The notes below the pieces were generated by a model. The model saw nothing but the letters and a program-made list of their open reading frames with translations, was not told the origin of the DNA and made no database searches. From Okamejei kenojei (Eukaryota): a stretch of 64,000 nt of DNA. Positions 11,698-24,884 of the stretch are shown piece after piece. The stretch is taken from the NCBI GenBank assembly GCA_035221665.1, contig CM069142.1:35464001-35528000 (forward strand), read 5' to 3'. Made by a program: the position numbers and the translations under genes. Each line of letters begins with the position of its first letter. Position 1 is the first letter of the stretch.

Positions 11698-13440
11698 ATA
11701 TTTGTAATAGAAAAAAATCACATGTGGTCAAAGTGCACATTGTCAGATTTTATTAAAGGGTATTTTAATACATTTTGGTTTCATCATGTAGAAAGTACAG
11801 CTGTGTTTATACATCGTCCCTCCATTTCAGGGCACCATAATGTTTTGGACACGTGGCTTCACAGGTGTTTGTAATTGCTCAGGTGTGTTTAAATGCCTCC
11901 TTGATGCAGGTATATGAGAGCTTTCAGCACCTAGTCTTTCCAGTTTTCCCATCGCCTTTGGGAACCTTTATTGCTGTTTATCAAGATGAGGTCCAAAGTT
12001 GTGCCAATGAAAGTCAAAGAAGCCATATTGAGACTAAGAAACAAGAATAAAATAGACAATAGACAATAGGTGCAGGAGTAGGCCCATCGAGCCAGCACTG
12101 TGATCATGGCTGATCATCCACAATCAGTACCCCGTTCCTGCCTTCTCCCTATACCTCCTGACTCCGTTATCTTTAAGAGCCCTATCTAGCTCTCTCTTGA
12201 AAGTATCCAGAGAACCGGCCTCCACCGTCCTCTGAGGCAGAGACTTCACAACTCCGAGAAAATGTGTCATTGTTAGTGACATCAACCAAACCTTAGGCTT
12301 ACCAATATCAAGATCATTAAGAAGAAAGAGAGCACTGGTGAGCTTATTAATCATAAATGGACTGGCAGGCCACGGAATAGGTCCACAGCTGATGACAGAA
12401 GAATTCTCTCTATAATAAAGAAAAATCCTCAAACACCTGTCTGACAGTTCAGAAACACTCTTTAGGAGTCAGGTGTGGATTTGTCAATGGCCACTGTCCG
12501 CAGAAGACTTCAAGAACAGAAATACAGAGGCTACACTGCAAGGTGCAGTTTACAGTTTGTCAAGAAGTACTTAAAAGAGCAACCATAGTTCTAGAAAAAG
12601 GTCTTGGGGAAAGATGAGACGAAGATTAACATATCAGAGTGATAGCAAGAGCAAAGTTTGGAGGAGAGAAAGAACTGCCCAAGATCCAAAGCAAACCTCC
12701 TCATCTGTGAAACACGATGGTGGGGGTGTTACGGCCTGGGCATGTATGGCTACTGAAGGTATTTGCTCATTTATATTCATTGATGATACAACTGCTGATG
12801 GTAGTAGCATAATGAATTCTGAAGAGTATAGGCACATCAGCTCAAGTTCAAACAAATGCCTCAAATTTCATTGGCCGGCGGTTCATTCTACAGCAAGACA
12901 ATGATCCCAAACATACTGCTAAAGCAACAAAGGAGTTTTTCAAAGCTAAAAAATGGTCAATTCTTGAGTGGCCAAGTCAATCATCCGATGTGAACCCAAT
13001 TGAGCATGTATTTTATATGCTGAAGAGAAAACTGTAGGAGACTAGCCTCAAAATAAGCATAAGCTAAAGGTGGCTGCAAGACAGGCCTGGCAGAGCATCA
13101 CCAGAGAAGACACCCAGCAACTGGTGATATCCATGAATCGCAGACTTCAAGCAATCATTGCATGCAAACTATATGCAACCAAAAATTCCAAACACGCTAC
13201 ATTCATTTACATGACATTGCTGTGCCCCAAACATTATGGTGCCCTGAAATGGGGGAACAATATACAAACATTGCTGTAATTTCTACATGGTGAAACCAAA
13301 ATGTATCAAAATAGCCTTTATAAAGATCTGACAATGTGCACTTAACCACATGCGCTTTTTTCTATTACAAATCTGAAATTTCTGGATAATAAGGCAAATA
13401 AATAAATTTATGTTTGTCCCAAACATTATGGAGGGCACTG
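11698..13440 (+). mobile_element. Second Tc1 copy of the same family; left end truncated; contains a CR1 3' fragment (~12052-12265, -)
   Basis: Transposase remnants ([35 protein letters not shown]). Right TIR ends GGAGGGCACTG|TA at 13440. Confidence 0.9.
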
Positions 13441-13442
13441 TA

Positions 13443-13970
13443 AGAGTCAGGACATCATGATACAGCTTTATAGGACTTTGGTTAGGCTGCATTTGGAGTA
13501 TTGCGTGCAGTTCTGGTCGTGCCAATACAGGAAGGATGTGAAGGTTTTGCAAAGGGTGCAAAGGATATTGACCAGAATGATGCCTATATGTAGGGGCATT
13601 ACAGAGAGATGTTGTAAACTTGGATTGTTTTCTGTGGAATGCCATAGATTGATGGAAGACCTGATAGAAGTGTATAAAATTATGAGGGGCATAAATTGGG
13701 TAGACAGTCAGAACCTTCGTCCTCGGATGGAAATATCAAATACAAGGGGTCAAAAGGGCAAAATTCAAAGAAAATGTGCAGGACACACTGCCGGATGTGG
13801 TGGTGGATGCAGTTACGATTGTGGCATTTAAGAGAATTTTAGATCAGCACATGGATATGCACGAATGGAGGTATATGGATTATGTGCAGGCAGATAAGAT
13901 TTGCTTTTGGCATCATGTTCAGTGCAGATATTTTGGGCCGAAGGACCTATTCCTGTGCTGTACTGCTTCA
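13443..13970 (+). mobile_element. CR1 LINE 3' fragment
   Basis: [18 protein letters not shown]...RVQR...DLIEVYKIMRG. Confidence 0.85.
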
Positions 13971-14461
13971 TATTTCTAGGAATTCCAATCAGCTGTTAGT
14001 GTTCAATCAATGCATAAATTACTTTTTAATTTCATTAAATCAATTTCATTTTAATCCCATATACCCTTCTTGAGCCAATATCCCCTTCCAGTTTTTAAAT
14101 ATTAATAAGCTCCTTGTTTTAAGCGCTCAACCCAGGAGTGGATATAACTCTTTTTCAAACTCCAGTGTGTCAATTTATTGTACTGACTTAATAAGGTGAT
14201 TGGGGGACGCCTTACAGACTGACACCAACCAGTGCTTCATGAGTTGTATCCCTTGCTTACCATCTATTTGGCTTGACTGTGTCAGGGTGATGTGTTTAGA
14301 GTGTTGTCTGTGCTAAAATGCAAGCTTGTCAATACACCACATTCACGTTTGGCATCCTGACTCACTGGGAAGAGCTTGTTACAGGTATTGAATTTTGATC
14401 CATGAATAATAAACTCAACAAGATCAGACAATAAACTCAAAAACGGCTGAAATAATCGCAC

Positions 14462-14647
14462 CTTCATAAAACCATGACAGTCTTGTACCAAAGGACCACG
14501 TGTGATCTGTTTGAATTTCTCACAGATTGCTGGGAAATTATTTGCTTCTAAAATTGAAGCCTGGTGGTACTTTATTAACGTCAAGGCCACACGAAACGTG
14601 ATTTTAGATCCTTCATAGAACAGACAGTCCCAGATTCGAAGGACAGT
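14462..14647 (-). CDS. GRTP1: GRTP1 coding exon (exon 7 equivalent)
   Basis: 186 bp, ttctag|ACT...AAG|gtgcg. Encodes TVLRIWDCLFYEGSKITFRVALTLIKYHQASILEANNFPAICEKFKQITRGPLVQDCHGFMK. Confidence 0.95.
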
Positions 14648-15142
14648 CTAGAATAATGGAAAACAGTTATCAGTCAAACAGCACAGGGACAAGGCCTTTC
14701 AGCCCAGCACACACATGGCAACAACTGTGCTGCCGCCTATATTGTTGTACAATTAATAAAACTACCACAAACTCCCTGCTGTTATATTCTATAACACAAC
14801 TAATGAAGGCTGGTATACCATTTGTGGTCTTCATCCCCATTATCTACCTTTATCTTTGGACCAATATCATGGTGCATAGTTCTCAATACTCTTTAGGGCC
14901 CTATCATTCATTGCATATATTTGACCTTTAATTGTTTAGTTTAGCTTAGAGATACAGCATGGAAAGAGGCCCTTTGCCCCACCGAGTCCACATCGACCAT
15001 CGATCACCCATTTACGCTAGTTCTATGTTATCCCACTTTTGCTTCCACTCCATACATATTTGAAACTGTTGACAGAGATCTATTAACCTACAAACCTGCA
15101 GATCTTTGGGATCTGGGAGCATCTGGAGGAAACCCACTCGGT

Positions 15143-18090
15143 CAAACTAAATAGTGGGGGGGAAGGGGTTGACAAATTGGGAGTATAAAGATGGAGTTTA
15201 AGGGGAAGTGAGTACAGGAAAAGTTACAAGACTCCAAAATTAATGGGAAGGAAAGTTCGAGAAGGGATAAGAGAGTACGATTAGGGTCAATAGTGACCAG
15301 TGTGAGAGGGGAGGTGAATACCAAAGTCAAAGTGTTGTATATGAATGCACGAAGTATAAGAAATAAAGTGGATGAGCTTGAGGTTCAGTTAGCAATTGGC
15401 AAGTATGATCTTGTGGGAATTACAGAGAATGCCTGCAAGAGGACCAGGGCTGGGAACTGAATATTCAGGGGTATACATCCCATCGAAAAGACTGACAGGT
15501 GGGCAGAGACAGTGGGGTAGCTCTGTTGGTGAGGAATGAAATTCAGGCCCTTGCGAGGGGTGACATAGAATCAGATGTCGAGTCAGTATGGATAGAACTG
15601 AGAAATTGTAAGGGTAAAAGACCCTAATGGGCGTTATCTACAGGCCCCCAAACAGTAGCCTGGATGTAGAGTGCAAGTTGATTCAAGAGTTAAAATCGGC
15701 ATGTAGTAAAGGTAATACTACATTTGTTATGGGAGATTTCAACATGCTGCTAGACTGGGAAAATCAGGTTGGTACTGGACCCCAAGAAAGGGAGTTTGTG
15801 GCGTGCCTCCGTGATGGATTCTTAGAGCAGCTTGTATTGGAGCCTACCAGGGAAAATGCAATTCTGGATTTAGTGTTGTGTAATGAACCTGATTTGATGA
15901 GGGAACTCGAGGTAAAGGATCCATTCGGAGGTAGTGACCATAATATGGTAGGTTTTAATCAACAATTTGAGAGGGAGAAGGGAAAATCGGAAATGTCAGT
16001 ATTACAATTGAACAAAGGGGACTATGGAGCCATGAGGGTGGAGCGGGCCAAAGTTGACTGGAAAGATACCCTTGCAGGGATGACAGTGGAAGAACAATGG
16101 CAGGTATTTCTGGGAATCATTCAGAAGGTGCAGGATCAGTTCATTCCAAAGAGGAAGAACGATTCCAAGGGGAGTAAGGGGCGACCGTGGCTGACAAGGG
16201 AATTCAGGGACAGTATAAAAAAGAGAAGTAGTATCACATAGCAAAGATGAGCAGGAAGCCAGAGGACTGGGAAACTTTTAAAAAGCAACAGAAGATAACT
16301 AAAAAGGCAATACAGAGAGAAAAGATGAGGAACGAAGGCAAGCCAGCCAGGAATATAAAGGAGGATAGCAAAAGGTTCTTTAAGTATGTGAAGAGGAAAA
16401 CATTAGTTAAGACCAAAGTTGGACCATTGAAGACTGAAACAGGTGAATTTATTATGGGGAACAAGGAAATGGCAGACGATTTGAACAGGTACTTTGGATC
16501 CGTCTTCACTAAGGAAGACACATACAATCTCACTGATGTACTAGTGGCCAGAGGATCTTGGGTGATGGAGGAACTGAAGGAAATTCACATTAGGCAGGAA
16601 ATGGTGTTGGGTAGACTGATGGGGACTGAAGGCTGATATATCCCCAGGGCCCTGATGATCTGCATCGCAGGGTACTTAAGGAAGTGGCTCAAGAAATCGT
16701 GGACGCATTGGTGATCATTTGTTAGCTAATGTTATCACACTTTTTAAGAAAGGTGGGAAAGAGAAAACAGGGAATTATAGACCAGTTAGCCTGACATCGG
16801 TGGTGGGGAAGATGCTGGGGTCAATTATAAAAGATGAAATAGCGGCACATTTGGATAGCAGTAACAGGATTTGTCAGAGTAAGCATGGATTTACGAAGGG
16901 GAAATCATGCTTGACTAATCTTCTGGAATATTCTGAGGATGTTACTAGGAAAATGGACAAGGAAGAGCCAGTGGATGTAGTGCACCTGCACTTTCAGAAA
17001 GCATTTGATAAGGTCCCACATAGGAGATTAGTGGGCAAAATTAGAGCACATGGTATTGGGGGTAGGGTACTGACATGGATAGAAAATTGGCAGAGAGGAA
17101 ACAGAGTAGGGATTAACAGGTCCCTTTCAGAATGGCAGGCAGTGACTAGTGGGGTACCGCAAGGCTCGGTGCTGGGATCGCAGCTATTTACAATATACAT
17201 TAATGATTTAGATGAAGGGATTAAAAGTAACATTACCACATTTGCAGATGACACAAGCTGGGTGGAAGTGTAAACTGTGAGGAGGGTGCTATGAGGATGC
17301 AGGGTGAATTGGACAGGTTGGGTGAGTGGGCAGATGCATGGCAGATGCAGTTTAATGTGGATAAATGTGAGGTTATCCACTTTGGTGGCAAAAACAGGAA
17401 GGCAGATTATTATCTAAATGCTGACAAGTTGGGAAAAAGGGAGGTACAACAAGATCTGGGGTTCCTTGTTCATCAGTCACTGAAAGTAAGCATGCAGGTA
17501 CAGCAGGCAGTGAAGAAAGCGAATTACATGTTGGCCTTCATAAATAGAGGAGTTGGGTATCGGAGCAAAGAGGTACTTCTGCAGTTGTGTAGGGCCCTAG
17601 TGAGTCCACACCTGGAGTATTCTGTGCAGTTTTGGTCCCCAAATTTGAGGAAGGACATTCTTGCTATTGGAGGAGTGCAGAGTAGGTTCAAAAGATTAAT
17701 TTCCGGGATGGCGGGACTGTCATATGATGATAGAATGGTGCGGCTGGGTTTATATACTCTGGAATTTAACATATAAAATTATTAAGGGTTTGGACACGCT
17801 AGTGGCAGGAAACATGTTCCTGATGTTGGGGGAGTCCAGAACCAGGGGCCACAGTTTAAGAATAAGGGGTAAGCCATTTAGAATGGAGATGAGGCGGCCT
17901 CAGAAGGCAGTGGAGGCCAATGCTCTGGATGCTTTCAAGAGAGTTAGATAGAGCTCTTAAAGATAGCGGAGTCAGAGGATATGGGGAGAAGGCAGGAACT
18001 GGGTACTGATTGTGATTATCAGCCATGATCACAGTGAATGGCGATGCTGGCTCGAAGGGCCGAATGGCCTACTCCTGCACCTATTGTCGA
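15143..18090 (+). mobile_element. CR1 LINE, near-complete decayed ORF2 (APE endonuclease + RT)
   Basis: Endonuclease motifs YRPP, MGDFN and SDHN. RT motifs [28 protein letters not shown] and FADDT. 3' end ...ctactcctgcacctattgtc. Multiple frameshifts. Confidence 0.93.
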
Positions 18091-18414
18091 TTGTCACAGG
18101 GGAAAACATTTAGGTTTAATATTGTCATGTGTTCCGAGGTACAGTGAAATGCTTTGTTTTGTCCGCTATCCAATCAGATCAGATAATACTGTACGTAAAT
18201 ACAATCATGTCACACTCAAGTACATTAGGTAAAATCAATGTGGAAGATACAGAGTACAGAATCTAATTCTTAGCACTGTAGCGCACCAATTCCATAGACA
18301 AAGTCCAATGTCCGCAACAGGGTAGAGTTGAATCAGGCAGTAGCTTAGCTTATGGAAGGAACATTCAGAAGCCTGATAATAGAGGGGGAGAAGCTGTTCC
18401 AGAATCTGGTAGTG

Positions 18415-20613
18415 TGAAGAGGTTCATGTGTTGTATAAACACTCAGTTTAATATTTAAACGATAGTTCAACAATTAGTACAAAAGGGCAAGATGTGTTAA
18501 TGTGTTGACTGTGACGTGAAGTCTAGCTCCATTGTCCGCTGTACCCGTCAGCTGATTAACCAGATTGGCATAGATTGGTCAGTCCAGATCATGCCAGTTG
18601 TTCCAGCACTCCGCCCATGGCTGTGCCAGATGTGTCGACCGTGAGAGCTGTTGGTGCGTTGGCCCGTGGAAGTACCAGCATCGTTGCTTGTCGAATGCGG
18701 TCATGGCTGCGTCGTCCGTAACTAGCTCTTTCGGTTTGTGGGCCAGGCCTTGAACAGCAGTTGCATGATCCCAGCGCCTGCTGGCGCGACGCGGTTGTAG
18801 AAGTTGACCATGCAGACAAACGCTTAGAGTCCCATCACAGTTTGATGTGGTGGCCGAGGAAGTTGATGAGGCCAAAGTAACACGTGGCAAGGTTGATGGC
18901 CAGGCCATGCTCGTTGAGCCTCCGGCAGAGCTGCCGGATGTATGCGCGGTGTTCCTGGCACGAGCGGCTGCCGACGAGGATGTTGTTGAGGTAGATGAAC
19001 ACGAAGTCTAGCCCGCGGCCCACCATGTCCATGAGCTGTTGGAAAGCTTGGGCAGCATTCTTGAGGCTGAATGGCATGTGCAGGAATTCAAAGAGCCCGA
19101 ACGGTGTGATGAGGACCGTCTTGGGGATGGCGTTTGGGTGGACCGAAATCTGATCGTTCCAGGTCGATCTTGGAAAATACCTTGGCATAGTCCAAGTTTG
19201 CCGTGACATCCTGGATGTGAGGAACAGGGTACCGATCGGCTGTAAGGAACAGGGTCTCCTGCACCCAGGCGCTTAGAGGACCATGTGAAGCAAGGATGCC
19301 CACAGGCTGTCAGAGCGGCGTAATAAGCCGATTTCCTCCATCTTGCAAAACTCGTCTTTGGCCAGTTGGAGCTTGTAGGGGGGGGGGGGGCAGCCTGCAT
19401 GCGCGTACATGGAGTGGCGGTCCGGTGGTGGGGATTTGGTGCTTCACCCCATGCTTGGGACAGGCCGTTGTAAACTGGGGAGTTATGATGCCAGGGAACC
19501 TGGCCAAGGTCCTAGTGTAGTCGTCGGAGAAGGTGACCGAGCCGAGGTGGGGCGCAGTCAATTCGGTGTGGCGCAAGGCGATCGACTCGAACGTCTCAGA
19601 ATTAACAAGACATTGTCCTTTCAAGTCGACCAGCAGGGAGTGTGCACGGAGGATGTTAGCACCCAGCAGCGGTTGTGAGACCTCGGCGATGGTAAAGGTG
19701 CACTGGAGGCGACAGGAGTTGAAGTTGAGCGGGATCGTGCGGACCCCATATGTTCTGATGTTGCTGCTGTTGGCGGCGGTCAGGGGAGCCACCCGACTGA
19801 TGGTGGTTCCACCCTGCTGTTTGGCTTGCCACAGCACGTCCGCAAGAGCTGCCAGCCGTCGGGGGTTGGTGAAATCGTCATCAGCGAGGAGCAGGCATCT
19901 GCTCGAGGAAGACCTGTTCGAAAAGGAGGCAGGTTTTGTGCCCATCCATCAGGGCGAGCATTTCGTTCATGAGCACGAACAGTTTGCGGTCGCTTGGCCA
20001 TCCACGTGCCAGAGTTTTGCCACCCTGTCACAGCGGCTGAGACCAAATATATCCTTGAGCGTCTTGAGCCCTTCGTACTTGTTGTCGGCTGGTGGCTGGC
20101 GAAGGTAACCGATGAGGCGCCCGGGGGTTTCCTGGTCCAGCGCACTGACCACGTAGTAGTACTTGGTGACGTTGGCAGTTATCTGGTGGATGTGGAATTG
20201 GGCTTCGGCTTGTTCAAACCACACTTGAGGCTCTGATGTCCAGAAGGTGGGCAGTTGGAGTGAAACTGCGTTCTGCTAATCTGGGTTGTCTCCTCCAGGC
20301 ATGATAAAATCCAAAAGAGGCTGTTTTGGATCATCTGGGGTCACCACAGAAGAGGTTCACGTGTTGTATAAACACTCAATTAAAAATTTAAACAATACAG
20401 TTCAACAATTAGTACAAAAGGGCAAGGTGTGTTAACGTGTTGACTGTGACGTGAAGGCTAGCTCCATCGTCCGCTGCACCCCGTCAGCTGATTAACCAGA
20501 TCAGCATTGATTGGTCGGCCCAGATCGCGCCTGGTCCACACGAGAGCTTGAGCTTGAGCTCGAGGAACGACTGTTCGAAGACCAAAGTGGCTCGGCCACA
20601 TGATGGCGCCACA
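18415..20613 (-). mobile_element. Gypsy/Ty3 LTR retrotransposon, internally deleted
   Basis: TG...CA ends and 4-bp TSD AGTG (18411-18414, 20614-20617). 5' LTR ~20348-20613, partial 3' LTR 18415-~18595. PBS TGGTGACCCC (20346-20337, tRNA-Trp). gag WFEQAEAQF...TKYYYVV; RT DRYPVPHI, ITPFGLFEF..MPFSLKNA, YLNN (decayed YLDD). Confidence 0.93.
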
Positions 20614-21564
20614 AGTGCATGGTTTCAAGCTTCTGTATACAGATCTCGCTTGCTGCATTTCATAACTTTCAGCAGTGTACCCCATTTTCTTCAAGTACAC
20701 CTGGACTGTGGAAATAGCTTTCTTCACCATGATGGAGCAGGGAGGGAGAGGAACGACCAACACGGGACGTCTTTGATTATGATGGCTGTTTAGCCAATAT
20801 TCGATAGATCATTTACATCGTGTTCTTACAAAATATGAAATGTTCCTCCCAAAATGCATAATCTCAAATTTTTCAGGATGAATTTCCACCTGTCATTGAT
20901 CAGCCCAATTTACCATCTTCATCAATATCTTTCTGTAGTCTAAAATGACACCCCAATTTTTGGTGTCTTCTGTGAACTTACTAAACATACCTCCTACATT
21001 CTAAAACTGCCAATGTGTATAACAATAAGGTGTATTAATACTGAATATTAAAAACATTGCAAATGAAGGAAATCTGAAATAAAAACAGAAAATGTTGAAA
21101 CACTTGGCAGGTCAAGCAGCATCTGCAAGAGAAAGGGTTAATATTTCATCTCAAAGATTTTTCTGTTTCATTGTGGATTTATCGTCTCTCAGAATCTTTT
21201 TTCAATATTTTTCCCACCAATTTACAGTAACTTCTAATTATATTATGTAGCTTTAGAAGAAAAAAAAAGAGGAAAGAGGGTTGCAATGGCAGCACAAATT
21301 TACCGATGGCAAATATCCAAAAGTGAGAGAGACTTGGAAACGTTGCTTTGAGTGCCAAGAATTCCAATGTCCAAGAGTTGAATGTCTCAGCAGATTCTTG
21401 TTGACTAGAAGATACCATGTCACTTTTAGTCTGACCACTTTGACCTGCTAATTATGAGCCCATACTGAAAGGCAAAGTCAGGGTGAAGAAAGACATTTCC
21501 ACAGTCCAGATGTGCTTGAAAAGGATACGCTACTGAAGGTTATGAAGTGCAGCAAGCATGATTC

Positions 21565-22300
21565 AAAAGAGTTTTATTGTCATGTGTCCCAGATAGGACA
21601 ATGAAATTCTTACGTGCTGCAGCATAACAGAATATGTAAACATAATACAAAATGCAAAATATAAGTTCAGCGAGTCTATAGACCATATATACACAATAAA
21701 TAAACAGATATAGTGCAATAATAATAATAGACGTATTGTTCAGAGGTTATCTGATGCCGTGTTTAATAGCCTGATGACTTTGTGGAAGAAGCTGTTCCTG
21801 AACCTGGATGTTACAGATTTTAGGCTCCTGTACCTTCTTCCCGATGGCAATGGAGAGATGAGTGTGTGACCAGGTTGGTGTGGGTTTTGATGATGTTGGT
21901 AGCCTTTTTGAGGCAATGATTGCGATAGATCCCTTCGATGGTGGGGAGGTCAGATGGTGATGGACTGGGCAGTGGTCACAACTTTCCGCAGTCTTTTCCG
22001 CTCCTGGACGTTGCCGAACCAGGCCACAATGCAGCCAGTTAATATGCTCTCTACTGTGCACCTGCAGAAGTTCGAGAGATACCTCCTTGACATACCGACT
22101 TTCCCTAATCTTCTCAGGAAGTAGAGGCACAATTCTTTATAATTGCATCAGTTTGCTGGGACCAGGAAAGATCCTCGGAAATATGCATGCCCAGGAATTT
22201 TTTTACCCTTTCCACTAATATAAACAGGATTGTGGGTCCCTACCCTACCCCTTCCAAAGCTGGTTTTACTGGTGTTGAGAGCCAGGTAGTTGTGCTGGCG
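21565..22300 (-). mobile_element. Rex1/Babar-type LINE 3' fragment
   Basis: LYFLRRL...FCRCTVESILTGCIVAWFGN is the C-terminal motif typical of this clade. Tail tgacaataaa. Confidence 0.75.
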
Positions 22301-22359
22301 TGACAAATGAGCTGGTGTGACAAATAGAGCAGCAATCTCTGTATGGCAGACATAAGTTT

Positions 22360-22700
22360 CAGAGCTGCTGTCTCACTGTGCCAGAGACCCAGGTTTGATC
22401 CGACCTCCGGTGTTGTGTCGAGTTTGCGACTGTGTGGTTGGTATGTCAAGGAGGTATCTCTCGAACTTCTACAGGTGCACAGTAGAGAGCATACTGACTG
22501 GCTGCATTGTGGCCTGGTTCCTCCCTCATCTCAAAGACATGTGGATATGAAACTTAATTGGCCTCTGTGAAATTCCCCCTTGTGTGTAGGAAGTGGATGG
22601 GAAAGTGGGATAATTTAGATCTCGTGTGAACGGATGGTCTGTGTGACCACAGTGGCTGAAGGGCCCGTTTCCATGCTGTATCCCTAAGCTCTAAACTAAA
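22360..22700 (+). mobile_element. tRNA-derived SINE (V-SINE/HE1-like) with internal foreign insert
   Basis: agagctgctgtctcac...ccagagacccaggtttgatcc head (B-box-like), ctccctcatctcaaagac core and CR1-like tail ctaaactaaa. Confidence 0.7.
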
Positions 22701-23865
22701 CAGCTGTACTTAGCTGAGCCAGCATCACAAGCATGCCTGTTATGGATTGTCCCGAGTCTATACTGCACAGTATCCAATCGCACAATCACACAAAAATATT
22801 TAATGTAAACTGGTTACTGTGAAGCAGCATAAATATGTAGATGTACAGGCAGATCTGCTATAACGTGCATTTCCATACTGAGAACTGGATATAACAAGTG
22901 ATTAATTAGGGAATATTATTCATATTATAAGGGACGAATTGGTTATAACATGATTTTGAGTAAACTACAGAATCACTTAAAACATACTCTGAAAATAGGC
23001 AAGCAGAAAAAAAGCCGTCTTGGGTAAAAGAATGTCTGATAAAAAGTTTCAATGCTTTTTAATGTTTTAATGAGAGACCATGTCTCTTAAGAGCACAGCT
23101 GCTTCTTTAATCATGAGTGGTCACTGAAATTGACAATAACTTTTATTGACACATGTGCAATGGTACTCTATTAAACAACCTTTTATATTTTTAGTTTGCA
23201 GCAACAATCAATTATAAAGACATTCATTTTTAAAAAGTTCTATGGAGAAAAATACCTTTTTGCAAGTGTCAAACTCTCTGGTCTCTAACCTGTCTCGACC
23301 CGAAACGTCGCCTATTCCTTCGCTCCATAGATGCTGCCTCACCCGCTGAGTTTCTCCAGCATTTGTCTACCTTCCTTTTCCCAATGACACTCTTGCCTTA
23401 ACAACCCGATTTTCTATAATACTAAGTTTCGTAGGTACACAACTATTGTGAAATAAAAGAACTACCTAATTCTAAGCTACAGAGATACAATTTGGGATGA
23501 GGCCATTTGCAAAAATCAATTTATCTTGTGATTGTTACATGAATATAAAAATATTTGCAGTAAGTTCCAAGATGAATTGTGGAGGCGGTGCAAGTGTATT
23601 TACCCAGGATGACGGCAAGGGAAAGGCTGACACTGTTGTACTAGCGCCACTTTTCCACAGCGCCTTAAAAACAAGATTTAAGTATGCAAGTAACAAAGTT
23701 TCTCCAACATAAATTGCTCACTCCAAACAGAGCTAAACAGGTAAACAAACATGTTGATGAAACTTTCAATATGATCCAATGATTTAGGGGAAAAAACATG
23801 CATGTATGGAAAACTCTGAACGGCATGGTACCGCAGTATTAAGATGTCCTGTTTCACAAACTTAC

Positions 23866-24038
23866 CTCCACAGGGAGAATATCAATGAACAAACAGATAA
23901 ACCACCGTGAGACTACCAAAGTCCACATCACGTTGTGCCGCTCCATCAACTCAGCCACTGCAGGAACCTTTAACCTAACCAGGTGACCCAGAACCTCCTG
24001 ATCAGTCTTAAGCCCAATCATTGTTGGACTGTAAAAAT
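23866..24038 (-). CDS. GRTP1: GRTP1 coding exon (exon 6 equivalent)
   Basis: 173 bp, ccag|AT...GAG|gtaag. Encodes DFYSPTMIGLKTDQEVLGHLVRLKVPAVAELMERHNVMWTLVVSRWFICLFIDILPVE. Confidence 0.95.
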
Positions 24039-24884
24039 CTGGCAAAGGAAGAAATAAAAGATTCAGCAGGAAACATAAACATATCCTTTGCAAGCAGCAT
24101 TTCAAACGTGAAGGAACCTTAAGCAAAAGTTCCACACAATGATCACTGAAATACTGCTTGTCTCCTTTATGAATCAGACTGCCTTGCTTTGTTAAAACAT
24201 GTCAACCCCTGGTTCACTCATTTGAATGTCCGCTGGTCCTGAATGTTCGCAAAAGGTGCAATTTGAAGATTCTGCAAAGTGATGCAGAGAAAAGAAACAT
24301 TAGTTTGACATAAAATACTGGGACATAAGTAGGGTTCGTACACTTGGAACAGCTATAAATCCAAGGACTTTCAACGTTCAAAAATCCAATTTTCAAGGAC
24401 CAAAATCCGGTTTATCGGAGTCTTGTATATAAATTGCTTGGTATTGGATGATTTGATTCTGTACCAAATAAAAGTAAGTAAGAAGGTTGGCTGGTCACCA
24501 TCTCAGATTTGATTGAAAATCATGTTTTGCACACCTCTGGTACAAAGAACACAGCAGAAAAATCAACTGTCAACTCAAAGTTCCTTAAAAATTATGAACC
24601 ATTGATATAGCTCGAATTATTGCCAAATACCCATTGGAATTTGGAGTTGAGACCTTGTTTTCTGTTGTGTTACTTGTGTGCTCTGATGTACACACTGATT
24701 TTCAGTGAAATCTGAGAAGGTGATCAGTCAATCCATTAGTCCAGGTTGCACAAAACAACACTCAGCTACATAATAATGACATAACAAGATGATTAACATC
24801 TATATTCGTACTTCAATAGAGCACTGATGGTCCATTTTCTCATCTCTTAGTTGTTCAATCTGAAACCATGATAATGGAAAACTG

